Shown: positions 40,335 through 54,029 of the stretch, one piece after another
Position numbering within the stretch: the first letter of the stretch is position 1
Layout of the letters: the number at the start of each line of letters is the position of its first letter
Origin: Octopus vulgaris
Taxonomy: Eukaryota
Reading direction: 5' to 3'
DNA: 64,000 nt
Assembly (NCBI GenBank): GCA_951406725.2
Contig: OX597819.1
Location: 24,428,001 to 24,492,000 of the forward strand
The notes under the pieces: generated by a model
Told to the model about the DNA's origin: nothing
Seen by the model: the letters and a program-made list of their open reading frames with translations, nothing else
The model's database searches: none
Position numbers and translations under genes: made by a program

Positions 40335-40525
40335 AAGTAGGAAGAAAGAGTGAGAGAAAGTTGTGGTGAAAGAGTACAACGGGGTTCACCACCACCCCCG
40401 CCGGAGCCTCGTGAACCTTAGATGTTTTTACTCAATAAACACTCACAATGCCCGGTCTGGGAATAGAAACCGCGTTCTTACGACCGCGAGTCCGCTCCCC
40501 TAACCACTGGATCATTGCGCCTCCA
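40335..40525 (-). mobile_element. SINE family A, 5' half
   Basis: gagtgagagaaagttgtggtgaaagag..taaccactggatcattgcgcctcca. Confidence 0.85.
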
Positions 40526-40838
40526 TGCCAGAAGCTGTTCCCGATTATGACAGTGGCTATTTCATTGAACAGCTGCTTGTCTCAAACTGAATATCTCTCA
40601 ACCAGTAAGGTGCTATTCGGACGCTGGTCAACTGCATGATGTGCATGCGGCATTTTTTCCGGCTCTCTACGCGCTGAGCTCAAATTCCACCGAGTTTAAG
40701 GCTGTCTTTCATTCTTTCAGGGTCAAGTACTGGAGTCGATGTGATCGACTATCTCTCTCTATAAAACTACTGGTCTGTGCCAAAATTTGAAAGAATCATA
40801 TATAAAAAGACTACAAGTGTAACCCTCTTTTACACACA

Positions 40839-40873
<35 letters not shown>

Positions 40874-41484
40874 CAATTCTTTCTCACACACTTTTTTCTC
40901 TTTCTCCGGTACATAGCCATTTAATTCGAAATTTATAGTCTTTTACTTGTTTCAGTATTGTTTCAATACTGGATCATGCAACCATGCTGGAACACTATGT
41001 AGAGGGCTTTAGTTGATCAAATCGACCTCTGTACATTTTAAGTCTAACACTTATTCTGTCGACCCACTTTTTTCTTACTGAACCGCTAAATGGTGAGGTT
41101 AGATCTCGTAACGTAAAGGGCGGTAACTAAATTCTTGAAGTATGTTCGACGTTCTCACGCTTTTATCAATACACTGTCATTATAGAGGGTTTTTAGAACG
41201 CTTTGATATTTGCCTAAACATTAAAAAGTGGAAAATAAAACTCATCAATAATTTTAGAATTATGACATTAATCGTAATCGTGACTGAAAGATCTCAGCGC
41301 TTGATGGAGCCGCAGAAATGCTGCTGAGGCATACGGTGTGTCATGGCTATTTAAAAACCTAGTGGAGCCCATTCCTTTCTAGATCTGATCACCATCTAGA
41401 TCTAGATCTTGAAAGAAACACAGAGCGCATGCGCTTAAAAGCTGCAACTCGCTTCTTTGGTTTTAGTTATGCTTCTCATCTGTT

Positions 41485-41635
41485 TTTACGTTCTGAGTTC
41501 AAATTCCGCCGGAGTCGACTGTACCATTTATCCTATCAGGGTTAATAAAATAGGTACCAGCTGAGCACTGGGGTTGATGTAATCGACTTACCCCCCATTC
41601 CCGAATTTACTGGTTTTCTGCCACAATTTGAAACT
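41485..41635 (+). mobile_element. SINE family C fragment
   Basis: ttacgttctgagttcaaattccgcc..gtaccagctgagcactgggg; a similar fragment lies at 40640-40795. Confidence 0.7.
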
Positions 41636-42053
41636 GTTATTCGTTACACTTCTGTTCTTAGGTGTCATTACCTCTCAGCAGGCTAACTATAAAGGATCTC
41701 CATTCGGATTGTCAACAGTTCATGTTTTACCGCGGGTGCAATTACGTACATGGCAAGGGCTCCGTCCTTTCCACTATCATTCTCAACAGAGTGCCCTAGA
41801 TGCAACACACATCTTGCTGTCATACCCTCTAAGCCATTGATTAAATCGGGGTACATTTGTCTCATCTACTATTTCAGTCTACGTACGCTTAACGGATTAC
41901 ATAACATCCTCTGTAGAGCATTCTTCTGAGATTACTGACACTCTCTACTTTCTTGATCACTAACAAATCCAGGTAGTGTAGTGTGGCTATCCGTGTGCGC
42001 TTCCAACCTCTGGGAGACACAAGAGAGAGTTGTGAAGTAGTTGGAGACCAGTG

Positions 42054-42440
42054 TGGAGGCGCAATGGCCCAGTGGTTAGGGCAGCGGACTCGCGGTCATA
42101 GGATCGCGGTTTCGATTCCCAGACCGGGCGTTGTGAGTGTTTATTGAGCGAAAACACCTAAAGCTCCACGAGGCTCCGGCAGGGGATGGTGGTGATCCCT
42201 GCTATACTCTTTCACCACAACTTTCTCTCACTCTTACTTCCTGTTTCTGTTGTACCTGTATTTCAAGGGGCCGGCCTTGTCACTCTCTGTGTCACGCTGA
42301 ATATCCTCGAGAACTACGTTAAGCGTACACGTGTCTGTGGAGGGCTCAGCCACTTACACGTTAATTTCACGAGCAGGCTGTTCCGTTGATTCGGATCAAC
42401 CGGAACCCTTGTCGTCGTAACCGACGGAGTGCTTCCATCC
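42054..42440 (+). mobile_element. Full-length SINE family A (tRNA-Arg-like head, RTE-like tail) with 15-bp TSD
   Basis: A-box tggcccagtgg, B-box ggtttcgattccc; TSD agttggagaccagtg at 42039-42053 and 42441-42455. Confidence 0.93.
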
Positions 42441-42649
42441 AGTTGGAGACCAGTGCTTCTGTCCACGTCTGAGAATGTGCGGCCGACAAGGTTACAAAAG
42501 GTATTACTCCTTACGCACTACTCCAAATACCACATTATACTTGGGAGTTATACTACCGCAACAATAAAGAATCCAATGTTACGTTTATGTAATTTGTTTT
42601 GCAAAACACTTGATGTGAAAACGTGTGCTGAAACAGATATTGCGATACT

Positions 42650-43372
42650 TACTCTTTAACTCTTTTACTTGCTTCAGTCTTCTGACTGCGGGCATGCTGG
42701 AGCACCACCTAGAAGGGTTTTAGTTGAACAAAGGACTTATTGTTTAAAACCTACTACTTATTCTATCGGTCTATTTTGCCGAACCGCTAAGTTACAGGGG
42801 CATAAACAAACCAACACCAGTTGTCAAGCAGTGATGGGAGGGACAAACACAAGCACAAAGACACACACATACACACATACACACACACACACATAGGATC
42901 GTGGTTTCGATTCCCAGACTGGGCGTTCTGAGTGTTTATTGAGCGAAAACACTTAAAGCTCCACGTGGCACAGGCAGGGAATGGTGGCGAACCCTGCTGT
43001 ACTGTTTCACCACAAATTTCTCTCACTCTTTCTTCCTGTTTCTGTTGTACCTGTATTTCAAAGGGCCAGCCTTGTCACACTCTGTGTCACGCTGAATCAC
43101 CCCGAGAACTACGTTAAAGATGCACGTGTCTGTGGAGGGCTCAGCCACTTGCACATTAATTTCACGAGCAGGCTGTTCCGTTGATCGGATCAACTGAAAC
43201 CCTCATCGTTGTAACCGACGGAGTGCCACGATAAACATACGAGGGGCTTCTTTCAGTTTCGTCGACCAAGGCTTTGGTCGGTCCGAAGCTATAATAGAAG
43301 ACACTTGCGCAAGGTGCCACGCAGTGGGACTGAAACAGGAACAATGTGGTTAGGTAGCAAGCTTCTTACCAC
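42650..43372 (-). mobile_element. SINE family B split by a nested family-A copy
   Basis: Tail half 42650-42893, head half 43237-43372. Confidence 0.8.
42894..43228 (+). mobile_element. 5'-truncated SINE family A nested in family B
   Basis: Matches 42098-42433. Confidence 0.88.
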
Positions 43373-43448
43373 GTTTTTTTTGCCAATTAAACTCAGGCTC
43401 TATTTATTTGCAGATAAGCCGGACAAAAGGAGACATGTGGAACAGAGA

Positions 43449-43491
43449 GTCACTGATGAGGTTGCAGAACATGTAACGAAAGAGCATTGAC
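43449..43491 (+). ncRNA. Hammerhead-like motif
   Basis: gtca-CTGATGA-g-gttgca-gaaca-tgtaac-GAAA-gagcat-tgac; helices I and II pair, helix III eroded. Confidence 0.55.
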
Positions 43492-43886
43492 AGACGTATA
43501 AACTAAATCTAATAGGAATAAAAACTAAAGCGAAGATTAAAAAAAAAACAGTGCGTGTGTTTAGTTGGCAAAAACAAAATGACCGTCCCGAAATATAAAC
43601 AAAAATGAATCCAAAACTTCTGCGAAAAAATTTCAGTTCTTCCAAATAAATTTAAACCACCATCGACCATTCATCTCACATTATTGCTATTCTTGTTTAA
43701 TCATATATTCTTATTTTTGTTGTTCTTTAACCCAGGTCACTTGCAATTGAGTAGCTCTACACTCAATAAAACTCTAAAACTTGACACCTCCTCCATGCGG
43801 ACCCGCACAACCCAGATGCGTTTCACCAAGCCGAGCTAGAGGTATGTGTGTTTGTGTGTATATTTTTGCGTGGCTATGTATGTGAG

Positions 43887-43958
<72 letters not shown>

Positions 43959-44097
43959 TATATATATATATTTGTATTTATGTATATATATAGGTGTGTG
44001 TGTATATATATATATATACTACCACACACACACACACACACACACGTAAAAGGGCAACCTATTTTATAAATGCAAACACATGTGAAAGTAACACTCT

Positions 44098-44141
<44 letters not shown>

Positions 44142-44700
44142 TACACACTCACACACACGCGTATACATGTATGTATACGCGAACATACATCCGCCAACAT
44201 TCCAGCAAATAATAAACATACACGGAAATATCGCCACCCCACCCGTGTACACGTGTATATATAGTATGCTAATATACAACCATGTCAACACAGTCATCTT
44301 AACATTCTAAATATTTCACGTGAACCAGCAGTTAATATATGCTGGCACACGTAAAAATAATAACTCCGTAGCAGTGTATTCATAATATACATATGTAAAC
44401 GCATACACAATCACAAGTATGTACATATTTATCTATACCGATATTTCAGGGTGTATATGTCAGGAAATACAACCTTCAATTTTGTTTCCGTTTATTTAAG
44501 ATGTATATTTTCGCTATGAAACTTTCAATTCAGGAAAATTGATATACAAAGAAATTGGAATAGAATTACGATTTAAGTGTAGTTGTAAAACTCAATGTTT
44601 AAAAGAACCAACTATCTATTTCAAGGCATTTCCATTGATATTTGCATTTTTTTTTTTTTTAGTTTCGTTTTATTTTTGATTTTGCAATTTCATCATTTGA

Positions 44701-44925
44701 AGGCAGTGAGCTTGGCAGAAACGTTAGCACGCCGGGCGAAATGCGTAGCCGTATTTCGTCTGCCGTTACGTTCTGAGTTCAAATTTCGCCGAGGTCGACT
44801 TTGCCTTTCATCCTTTCGGGGTCGATTAAATATGTACCAGTTACGCACTGGGGTTGATGTAATCGACTTAATATCTTTGTTTGTCCCCTCTATGTTTAGC
44901 CCCATGAGGGCAATAAAGAAATAAG
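44701..44925 (+). mobile_element. Near full-length SINE family C
   Basis: ggcagtgagcttggcagaaacgttagc..gaggtcgactttgcctttcatcctttcggggtcga. Confidence 0.88.
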
Positions 44926-45299
44926 AATCGTTATACACACCGGGCTAAACTGCTTACCGTTCTGAGTTCAAATTCCGATAAGGATACATCAAAAGATAAT
45001 TGTGCATCGAGATGTATATAAGTAACTGGTAAAAACCTCCTCTTGTATGGCCCTTCTTAACTTAATAGATCAAACTGTAGGAATTTTGATTGGTAATATT
45101 TTCCAGAACAAGTCTTCCATCTATATGCCGAAAAGCGTAACGTGTTTCACTAGAGACCCTCAGTTTAACGCTCTTTCAATTAAACTGCTTCTTTTATCAG
45201 CGAACAACCTTCATAGTTTTTTTGATTTTTTGAGAAATATACTTATCTTCAAAATGAGTTGTAGAAAGTCTCTTGACCAGTCCTAACAGTGAACAATCA

Positions 45300-45730
45300 A
45301 TTTCATATATTATTTATATTCGGATAGCATTTCTTTCAAAATAGTCCTCTTGAAAAGGTACATAGAGACCCCAAAGAGTCTTCTACGTCCCAAAAGCACG
45401 CCGAAAACCGTCTTCTACTGAAACCCACCTTTTGTGGCCTGGGTCTTTGTTATCATTTCCATGTAATTTGAGGTGCAAAAGATGTCGGTGTTTTTCCAAT
45501 CTTACAGCAACGTGACGCATGTTAAAGTTTTCTCTTGTAAGATTCAATAAATGGCACCCGTCATGTGAGACAACTGGAAGATTGTTTGTCTTTATCAGTG
45601 AAGTAAAAACATTTTTCTATATCTGGCATTTTGCCATTGATCGATTGCCCTGACAGCATATCATCTTGAACCGGTGCTTGCTCGGCTTTGACACTCGTTG
45701 TTAAACTTCAATGCAAACTTTAATGTTGGT
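45300..45730 (-). pseudogene. Highly decayed mariner transposase remnants
   Basis: Minus strand VQDDMLSGQS (cf. EDD.RSGRP) and AFGT*KTLW..QEDYFE (cf. W.KCV..GDYFE). Confidence 0.4.
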
Positions 45731-46735
45731 AAGTTGCTAGAATCTGTTAGCGATCTCAAAACTCCTTGAGCTGTTCTAACAAAATATTACACAACCTCCC
45801 ATAAAAACTAAATACACTTGCGTCAGAAATTAATTAGCACTTCTCAAATTTCTACATTAAATAGGTTAAATCAATTAACCTATGAGCTGTTCAAAACGTC
45901 TTACGCGATGAGAAAACTTAGTATGGTGTGATTTCGGTCCTTGCGAGGCGCTACCTATATCTATTAAACAAAGGAAGATTTGTCTGCATCCGCACTCCAA
46001 TTTGTTGCACTGCTATGTCAACATCATAAGGCTGTAGACTCTCAAACTGCTCTGCAAACAAAGTTACGTCATCGTTCTGCGCAACCGTGAACTCGCAACA
46101 AAGCAATAGTTCGAGATATGGCCACTAGGTGACAGCACATACCTTGAGTGAAGAGCAAATCAAGGGTGCTAATTAATTTCTGACGGTAGTGTACGTGTAG
46201 ACAATCACGAAGTATAATTCATAGACTGCATCAATAGCAGTTCTGACAATGATCTTTGTATTTAAGTTAAAGAGTAAATTTACAGCACAAGTAATCCACA
46301 AACCTTCTGGTGTACCTCAGATTTATGAAATAAAGAATAAATTACTTTATAGATATACAATACAAAACGCCATTTCGAACGAATTTAATCTGAATTTGAA
46401 CATTAAATATTAGTTCTGATGGAGAATAAAAAAACTAAAACATTTTTACATGACTACAATGCAGACAGTTTTGAGTTCAAATTTGCCTTTCATATTTCCG
46501 GGGTCATTAAAAACTATTAAAAACCTATCCACAATTTTAAGGTCTTGTTCCTATGCTAGGTCATAATTTCAAAACAGATAAGTAAAGTTTAACTGAATTG
46601 GAGCCTTTAACCTATATTTTCTTTTGTAATATATAAACAGTAAAAACGTAAAGAAAAACATCAAGCTATTCTATAAAAAGAACGCGGGGAAAATGAATTG
46701 ATGTTTAAATGCTAAGGGGAAAATACTATAGTATC

Positions 46736-46884
46736 AGGCGCAGGAGTGGTTGTGTGGTAAGTAGCTTGCTAACCAACCACATGGTTCCGGGTTCAGTCCC
46801 ACTGTGTGGCATCTTGGGCAAGTAGCTTCTGCTATAGCCTCGTGAGTGGATTTGGTAGACGGAAACTGAAAGAAGCCTGTCGTA

Positions 46885-46944
<60 letters not shown>

Positions 46945-47162
46945 TGTGTGTGTGTTTGTGTGTCTGTGTTTGTCCCTCTAGCATTGCTTGACAACCGATG
47001 CTGATGTGTTTACGTTCCCGTCACTTAGCGGTTCGGCAAAAGAGACCGATTGAATAAGTACTGGGCTTACAAAGAATAAGTCTCGGGGTCGATTTGCTCG
47101 ACTAAAGGCGGTGCTCCAGCATGGCCGCAGTCAAATGACTGAAACAAGTAAAAGAGTAAAGA
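46736..47162 (+). mobile_element. Full-length SINE family B
   Basis: Head to (agtaaaag)n tail. Confidence 0.92.
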
Positions 47163-47169
47163 TTATAGT

Positions 47170-47372
47170 AATTCTTTCTACTAAATGCACAAGTCCCGAA
47201 ATCTTGGGGGAGGGGACTAGTCCAATACATCCGTCCCAGTGTTTAATTTATCGATCCCGAAGGGATGAAACGCATAATCGACCTCGAATGGAATTTGAAC
47301 TCAGATTGCAAAGATGGACGAAATGCCGCTTAGCATTTTACTCGGGATGCTAACGATTCTGCCAACTTGACG
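47170..47372 (-). mobile_element. SINE family C
   Basis: gaatttgaactcag..gctaacgattctgcca. Confidence 0.7.
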
Positions 47373-47740
47373 CCTTAATAGAAATCCTATATAAATGATA
47401 GGAAAAGTCTTTATTCTGAATCCGTAATTAAATGAAGACTTGTAAAGCGAACAGGTGAATACCAAAAGCAACCTCTGTCCGCCTAGCAAAACTTCAGAGG
47501 GAGACTTTACATATTTACCTATGATCTTCATACGTTTTTAATTCAGGATTCAGAATAAACCTTTACTTTTTTCAATTATTAACACACACACACACACACA
47601 CACACCACACCACACCACACAGAGACACAGAGTGGCAGACCGGCAAGAGAGACAGATCTTTGGCATATCGAGGAAGCAACTGTCACAAGGAATAATAAAT
47701 ATATGTTTCTGAAACATACACATGGTTCAGTAATCAGGCG

Positions 47741-47834
<94 letters not shown>

Positions 47835-47847
47835 CCTACCTACTTAC

Positions 47848-47880
<33 letters not shown>
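47741..47880. repeat. (TATC)n microsatellite
   Basis: Direct inspection. Confidence 0.95.
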
Positions 47881-47883
<3 letters not shown>

Positions 47884-48833
47884 TTTTAAAATTTTATTCC
47901 CCCCTTTTTTTGTCCTCTTTCTCTCCCTTTACGATCCCTTTTGATCGAAAACCAAACCCCCTTTTTTTTATCCCCAAAAGAAAAGCTCTACCTTGTAATT
48001 TGTCCTGTCTGTGTGCAGCCCTGTGTGGCTAATAAAGAAACATATCTCTCTATCTATCTACCTACCTACCTACTTACCTACATATCTATCTATATACATA
48101 TCTATCTATATACATATCTATCTATATACATATCTATCTATCTGTCTGTCTGTCTGGCTGTCTGTCTGTCTCTCTGTCTTTCTCTCTCCTATGTATGTAT
48201 ATATAGATAGATATGAGTGGATGTATATACGTGCATATGTGTGTATACATACATACATACATACATAAGGAAGTTTCAAGAAAACTGGGTCAGCTTGTGA
48301 CACTTGTTTAAAATTCCGTTCAAATTCACTTTCAATGTTGACAAGTATTTACTATACTCAGCTGGGCAGCGGGATAACACCTGGGCCCAGAACACTCTTG
48401 TGTATATATTACCATTGCAAATAAATACCTATTGAAGAGGCCTAGCTTTGTTTCCTACTTCCACCTCGACCTTTTTTTCATTGTTATCCTTGTTACACAT
48501 TACAATACATTGACACATACACTTACGCACGTATGATCACATCACACCACACGCATACATACATGCATACATACACGCATACATACATACGTACATACAT
48601 ACATACATACATACATACATACATACATACATACATACATACATACATACATACATGTATACACGTATGTGTGTGTGTGTTGGCATATATAACGCGTGCA
48701 TGCAAAGACCCGAATAGGAAATATATCCATCTATTCTAGTATTTATGTATTTATAAATGAACTTTTGATTTCTGAAAGATTTGCTTATGCTTATTATGTA
48801 ATATCGTGAGGTAATGAACAACTCAGAATCACT

Positions 48834-48874
<41 letters not shown>

Positions 48875-48942
48875 CGACTGTATTTACATATATCTTTATA
48901 CATATATATGTGTGCGTGTTTATACGTATATATGTACATGCA

Positions 48943-49005
<63 letters not shown>

Positions 49006-49038
49006 TACATACATATGTATGTATGCATACATACACAC

Positions 49039-49077
<39 letters not shown>

Positions 49078-49084
49078 ATAAATA

Positions 49085-49414
49085 TTAGGGAATGAATCCA
49101 AAATTACAGGGAAAAATCAGATTTAGGGTTAAATCCAATTTTATAGTAAAATATTATATAATATAATTCGAGACAAAACCACTATTTTAAAACCAAACAA
49201 GGAAAGACTTAATCAATACATAAAATTTTAATATAAATTAAATAAACCGCCACTACAATTGTTTCATGTCTGCTACCGACAATCTTCAGGTGGATTTTCG
49301 ATCTTCTAATCAGTATCATAATTGTAGTGGCGGTTTATTTAATTTATATTAAAATTTTATGTATTGATTAAGTCTTTCCTTGTTTGGTTTTAAAATAGTG
49401 GTTTTGTCTCGAAT

Positions 49415-49423
<9 letters not shown>
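49085..49423 (-). mobile_element. Fold-back Penelope-like remnant in (TA)n
   Basis: 49155-49260 inverted at 49320-49423; contains an intact HHR motif. Confidence 0.75.
49250..49293 (-). ncRNA. Minimal type I hammerhead ribozyme, intact core
   Basis: ccac-CTGAAGA-t-tgtc-ggtagca-gaca-t-GAAAC-aatt-GTA-gtgg. Confidence 0.8.
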
Positions 49424-49445
<22 letters not shown>

Positions 49446-49493
49446 CATACATACATACATTCATACATACATACATTCATACATACATACATT

Positions 49494-49524
<31 letters not shown>

Positions 49525-49754
49525 CATAGTAAATAATGGCTTGGATGTTGGGTTCACGAACATGTGGGCATTGATTCAGTTTTAGGAGAGGACGTCATTG
49601 TGTGGACCATTTCATTTCGAGGTGCTACAATCCATTCAGTCGAAAATGAATACCAATACCAGCTGCTGGTGAGGTCAGATGTATATAAATATGTATAGGT
49701 AACCATAGTTATATAGCAATATATGTATGCGTGTATATGTATATATTCATATCT

Positions 49755-49804
<50 letters not shown>

Positions 49805-49917
49805 ATCTATATCATCAATATTTATCTGAATATGTTAACCTACTTATTAGACATACAAGTACGTCAAATCTATACCTATTTCTCCGTATATTGAAAAATA
49901 TATGTACATGTGTATTT

Positions 49918-50181
49918 GTGTGGGAAGAAGTTTACTGCCCTACCACATGGTACAGGGTTCATTCCCACTGTGTGACACCTTGGGCAAGTATCTTCTACTA
50001 TAGCTTCGGACCGACCTTGATCTTGTAAGTAAGTGGATTTGTTAGACGGAGATGCCCGTCGTATATATGTGTATGTGTATGTATGAGTGAGTATTGGGGT
50101 CGATTTGTTTGACTAAAATTCTTCAAGGCGGCGTCCCAGCACGACTGCAGTCAAATGAGTGAAACAAGTAAAAGATAAAAA
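49918..50181 (+). mobile_element. Degenerate SINE family B
   Basis: gacaccttgggcaagtatcttctactatagc, gcagtcaaatgagtgaaacaagtaaaag. Confidence 0.7.
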
Positions 50182-50328
50182 GTTTTAATCGACTTTCCAC
50201 CATTATTGGAATCTCATCAGAGAAACAAGAGACCAATTCCTTTATATACACATTCATACATGTGTGTGTGTGTATGTGTGTGTGTGTACGTGTGTGTGTG
50301 TGTGTGTGTGTGTGCGTGTGCGTGTGTG

Positions 50329-50371
<43 letters not shown>

Positions 50372-50866
50372 TGATCCAATACATATAGAGTATATCATAG
50401 CATTTAAGCCAACATGCAATGTAAATTGAAATTCTGTAAGCATTTTGACTCTGTGATAAATTTTCCTGTATAAATGGACTGTAGTGAATCGAACTAGTTT
50501 CAATCCTGTAACGAAAATTTATCGACAGTTACACATACATGTTTATGTATGGTAATTATTTCTTTATGGATGGATGGATGGATGGACGAATGGATAGATC
50601 GAATGAATGAATTTTGTTGATTATCTGTCGCGTTCGTTGCGTGGTTGCATCATACATATCCTTGCATTTATACAGCACTAACTTCACCGAACTTGGTTTA
50701 TTTTATATAACTCTGTTTATATTCTATATAAAAGTGTAAAATTTTATATAACTACAATAAAAGTGTTCGTAATACTTTGTGAATCCTTTGGTGACTCACA
50801 AATTTATGACTACCCTTGATGTACGCCAAACTATTTCGAGCAACACCCAAATAATAATTAATATTG

Positions 50867-50930
<64 letters not shown>

Positions 50931-51033
50931 ATATATATATATATATATATATGTATGTAAGTATGTATGTATGTATGTATGTATGCATGTATGTATGTAT
51001 GTATATATTTATGTACACATACGTGTGTGTGCG

Positions 51034-51076
<43 letters not shown>

Positions 51077-52075
51077 CTTTTTCCTCGGAATATTGAAAGA
51101 GGGTCGTAAAACGTCGTCCATACACATTTACCTAGATTAAAAAACGGGCAGTCTATCTCTGTACCGGGGCTATTATGGAAGCATAGAAGCAACAAGCTTG
51201 TGGAGTACAATTATTCACGAAATTCTACTCAACAGCTCAAAAGGTCCCCGAGGCTAGATGTAAGACGTGTAATGGCGCCATTTGGGTGAATATATATGTC
51301 AAGGTATATATACAGCAATAAAAACGCCTCTCATACATTCATCCGATAATATCCAAGTTGTAGTATATGTGTGTGTGTGTGTGTATGTGTGTGTGTCAGT
51401 TTTTTTTTGTTGTTTTTGTTTTGTTTTCTAGTATTCTTTTTCTATGAGATTTACGGCTTTAGTTTGATCGTTGTTTACAAACAGAATATAGAAATCATGC
51501 GAAGCGTAACAAGCGTAATGGCTGGTTACAATTCAACATTAACTGTTCTCTAGTGGGATGTTTCTCTGTGAATGTATCAAGGAGGAGGGGGGATTTTCCC
51601 ATCACCCCCTTTTAGCCCTCCTCTTGTCTCAATGCCCACCCCACCCCCCATCTGGTTGTCCTGTCATTTGTTTCTTATTTCTCACATATCAATACTCCCC
51701 CACACACACACATGCACGCGCACATATACGCACGCACGCATACACAATGGTTGAATGCCCGTCATGTTTACAGAAGATGTGAGCTCGAATCTACAAGCAA
51801 CCGGTGACTTTTTCCATTGCAGGTTTCTATATTTTTACACAAAATTTACACGCTATAACTTATAGCTTTATCTGCTTTGAGTTTGCACCATTAAAACGAC
51901 TTATTTCATATCTTTCAGATTTTAATTCCTATGAAGTGAGAAGTGGATCGTTGGTATTATAAAGTCATTATTTAGATAAGATGAGAGTATGTTTACAGCT
52001 GTTTCAGTATATCAAGCTGGGGTCAATTTGTGTGTGTGTTTGTATATATAATTGTATGTATCTATGTACTATGTA

Positions 52076-52138
<63 letters not shown>

Positions 52139-52144
52139 ATATCG

Positions 52145-52326
52145 GAGTGTGTCTCTTTGTGTCTGCGTTTGTCTCCCCCATCACCGCTTGACAACCGGTA
52201 CTAGTGTGTGTACGTCCCCGTAACTTAGCGGTGCGGCAAAAGAGACCGAAAAATAAGTACTTGGCTTCACAAATAAATCCTGGGGTCGATTGTTCGACTA
52301 AAACCCTTCAAGCATGGACGCAGTCA
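52145..52326 (+). mobile_element. SINE family B, 3' half
   Basis: cttgacaaccgg..gtaacttagcgg..ggcaaaagagaccga. Confidence 0.75.
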
Positions 52327-53585
52327 TAGATTCCGAAGTCTGTTGAATTTAGCGACTATAGTAGTAGTTTCACTTCTTATCGATGTCTCTGTGGACCATG
52401 GTGTTAGTTTCCTGGTGGAATCGGCTATAGCAGATGGCACCTTAGCAAAGCATAGTGCCTCTGGTATGTAGGTGAGAGACAACGACAAACGTTTTCCTAG
52501 TGTCTAGCCATGACTCCGCAGATTTCGGAGTTGCTACTTCGTTTCCTTAAGAGAAATTTTGTTTGAAGACCAGCTTTGGGCACAGTTCCAGACTTCTATC
52601 TCCCTTCTTGACTGGTCATCAGTCACCACGTTGTATGTGTGCTGCACTGATCCTAGAGGAATGCGGTTAAGCAACGTATGTGTATATCCTAAACATCACA
52701 TTCATGCACGCTACGAGCGTATAGCTCGTCAACCAGATATATCAAGATCAGTGTTCCTTGTTCTTTTGAGCTAGTTAAAAAGGACCACTCCGAAGAGCAT
52801 GAGCTGTGTATACCAATAAGTGATTATCGGACTCTCCCAGGTATCTTTCTATTCGGTAGATTTTTAATAAGAGATTTTCTATGTTGATATTAAAAGTTTT
52901 GAGAGACACACATACACATGACTCATTACGAGGCTCATCTAACCATTTTGTTTCCCAGTTGTGTTGTTTGTTTACAATCCAGATCCCTCATGGAAATTAT
53001 TCTAGATCAATCCAGGACGGGATTTTTTATAATCTTGATGATACATATGGTCTTTCATACTGCGATATACCGGCTGTATACATGCATATAGATATGTATA
53101 TATGTATATATATATATATGTGTGTGTGTGTGTATGTATATATGTATGTCATTAATCAGTTTATTTTACGATATCTTGCCAATAAAGAAGGGACCAGGTT
53201 CCTTCATTGGAATTTCAACATCAACAGCGGGGTATATTTGTTTGTATGTATGTATGTATGTATGTATGTATGTATTTATGTATGTGCAGATTTGTATGTT
53301 TTATGTATGTATTCTCATGCATATATATATTTAAATGTAGGAAAGTTTTATAAATTTTTACAATTCCAGTGATGGATTGGGTCTGTAGTCTTCGAGTTAA
53401 CTTTCTCCTGTCTGGTTTTGAGAAGCCTAATTTCTCACGATTGGTATTTTGGTAGTGTGTTACATATCCCTGGGCCACAATAATTACAGGTGTTATTGAA
53501 GTTGTAAAACTGGATAGAGTATGTATGTATGTATGTGTATAAGTCTGTATTTGTGAAGGCGCGTGTCTTAGGTGTTAGAATGTTA

Positions 53586-54002
53586 GGATCTTTTCGGTTT
53601 GAACGGCAGTTTTTTTCTAGCGATGTCATATGAAATTGTCACCCATAATTATGACCCTAGTATCGATCTATTGCATTTCAATCTATTTTAGGGTTAGGGT
53701 TAGGGGTGGGGGAAGGGTGTCTTTTTTTTTCTTCACAAATGTAAATAAACCCAATCTGTTTCTTAAACGAGGGACATATTCATACGGCAAAGAATGTTTT
53801 TTTACCTCAGATACGTCATTGATTGGTTGAAATTGCAGAAATTGAAGAAAACAACAACAAATATCTTACAAACTATAGAATTTTCTCAATAAAGCCAAGA
53901 GAAAAAGATGTTTTATAAACAGATTCTACCAGTATACGAAGTTTAAATGTTTTAGTTACCTAGATATTATGTTAAAAACTGCCATTCAAACCGAAAAGAT
54001 CC
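53586..54002. mobile_element. MITE with TIRs of about 29 bp and internal TTAGGG repeats
   Basis: ggatcttttcggtttgaacggcagttttt ... aaaaactgccattcaaaccgaaaagatcc; ttagggttagggttagggg near 53690-53706. Confidence 0.9.
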
Positions 54003-54029
54003 GAATGATGACTAGTACCTGGCAAAGAT

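Noticed and set aside
42054-42130. tRNA gene candidate
   Set aside because: No proper acceptor stem; continues into a multi-copy SINE body with TSDs
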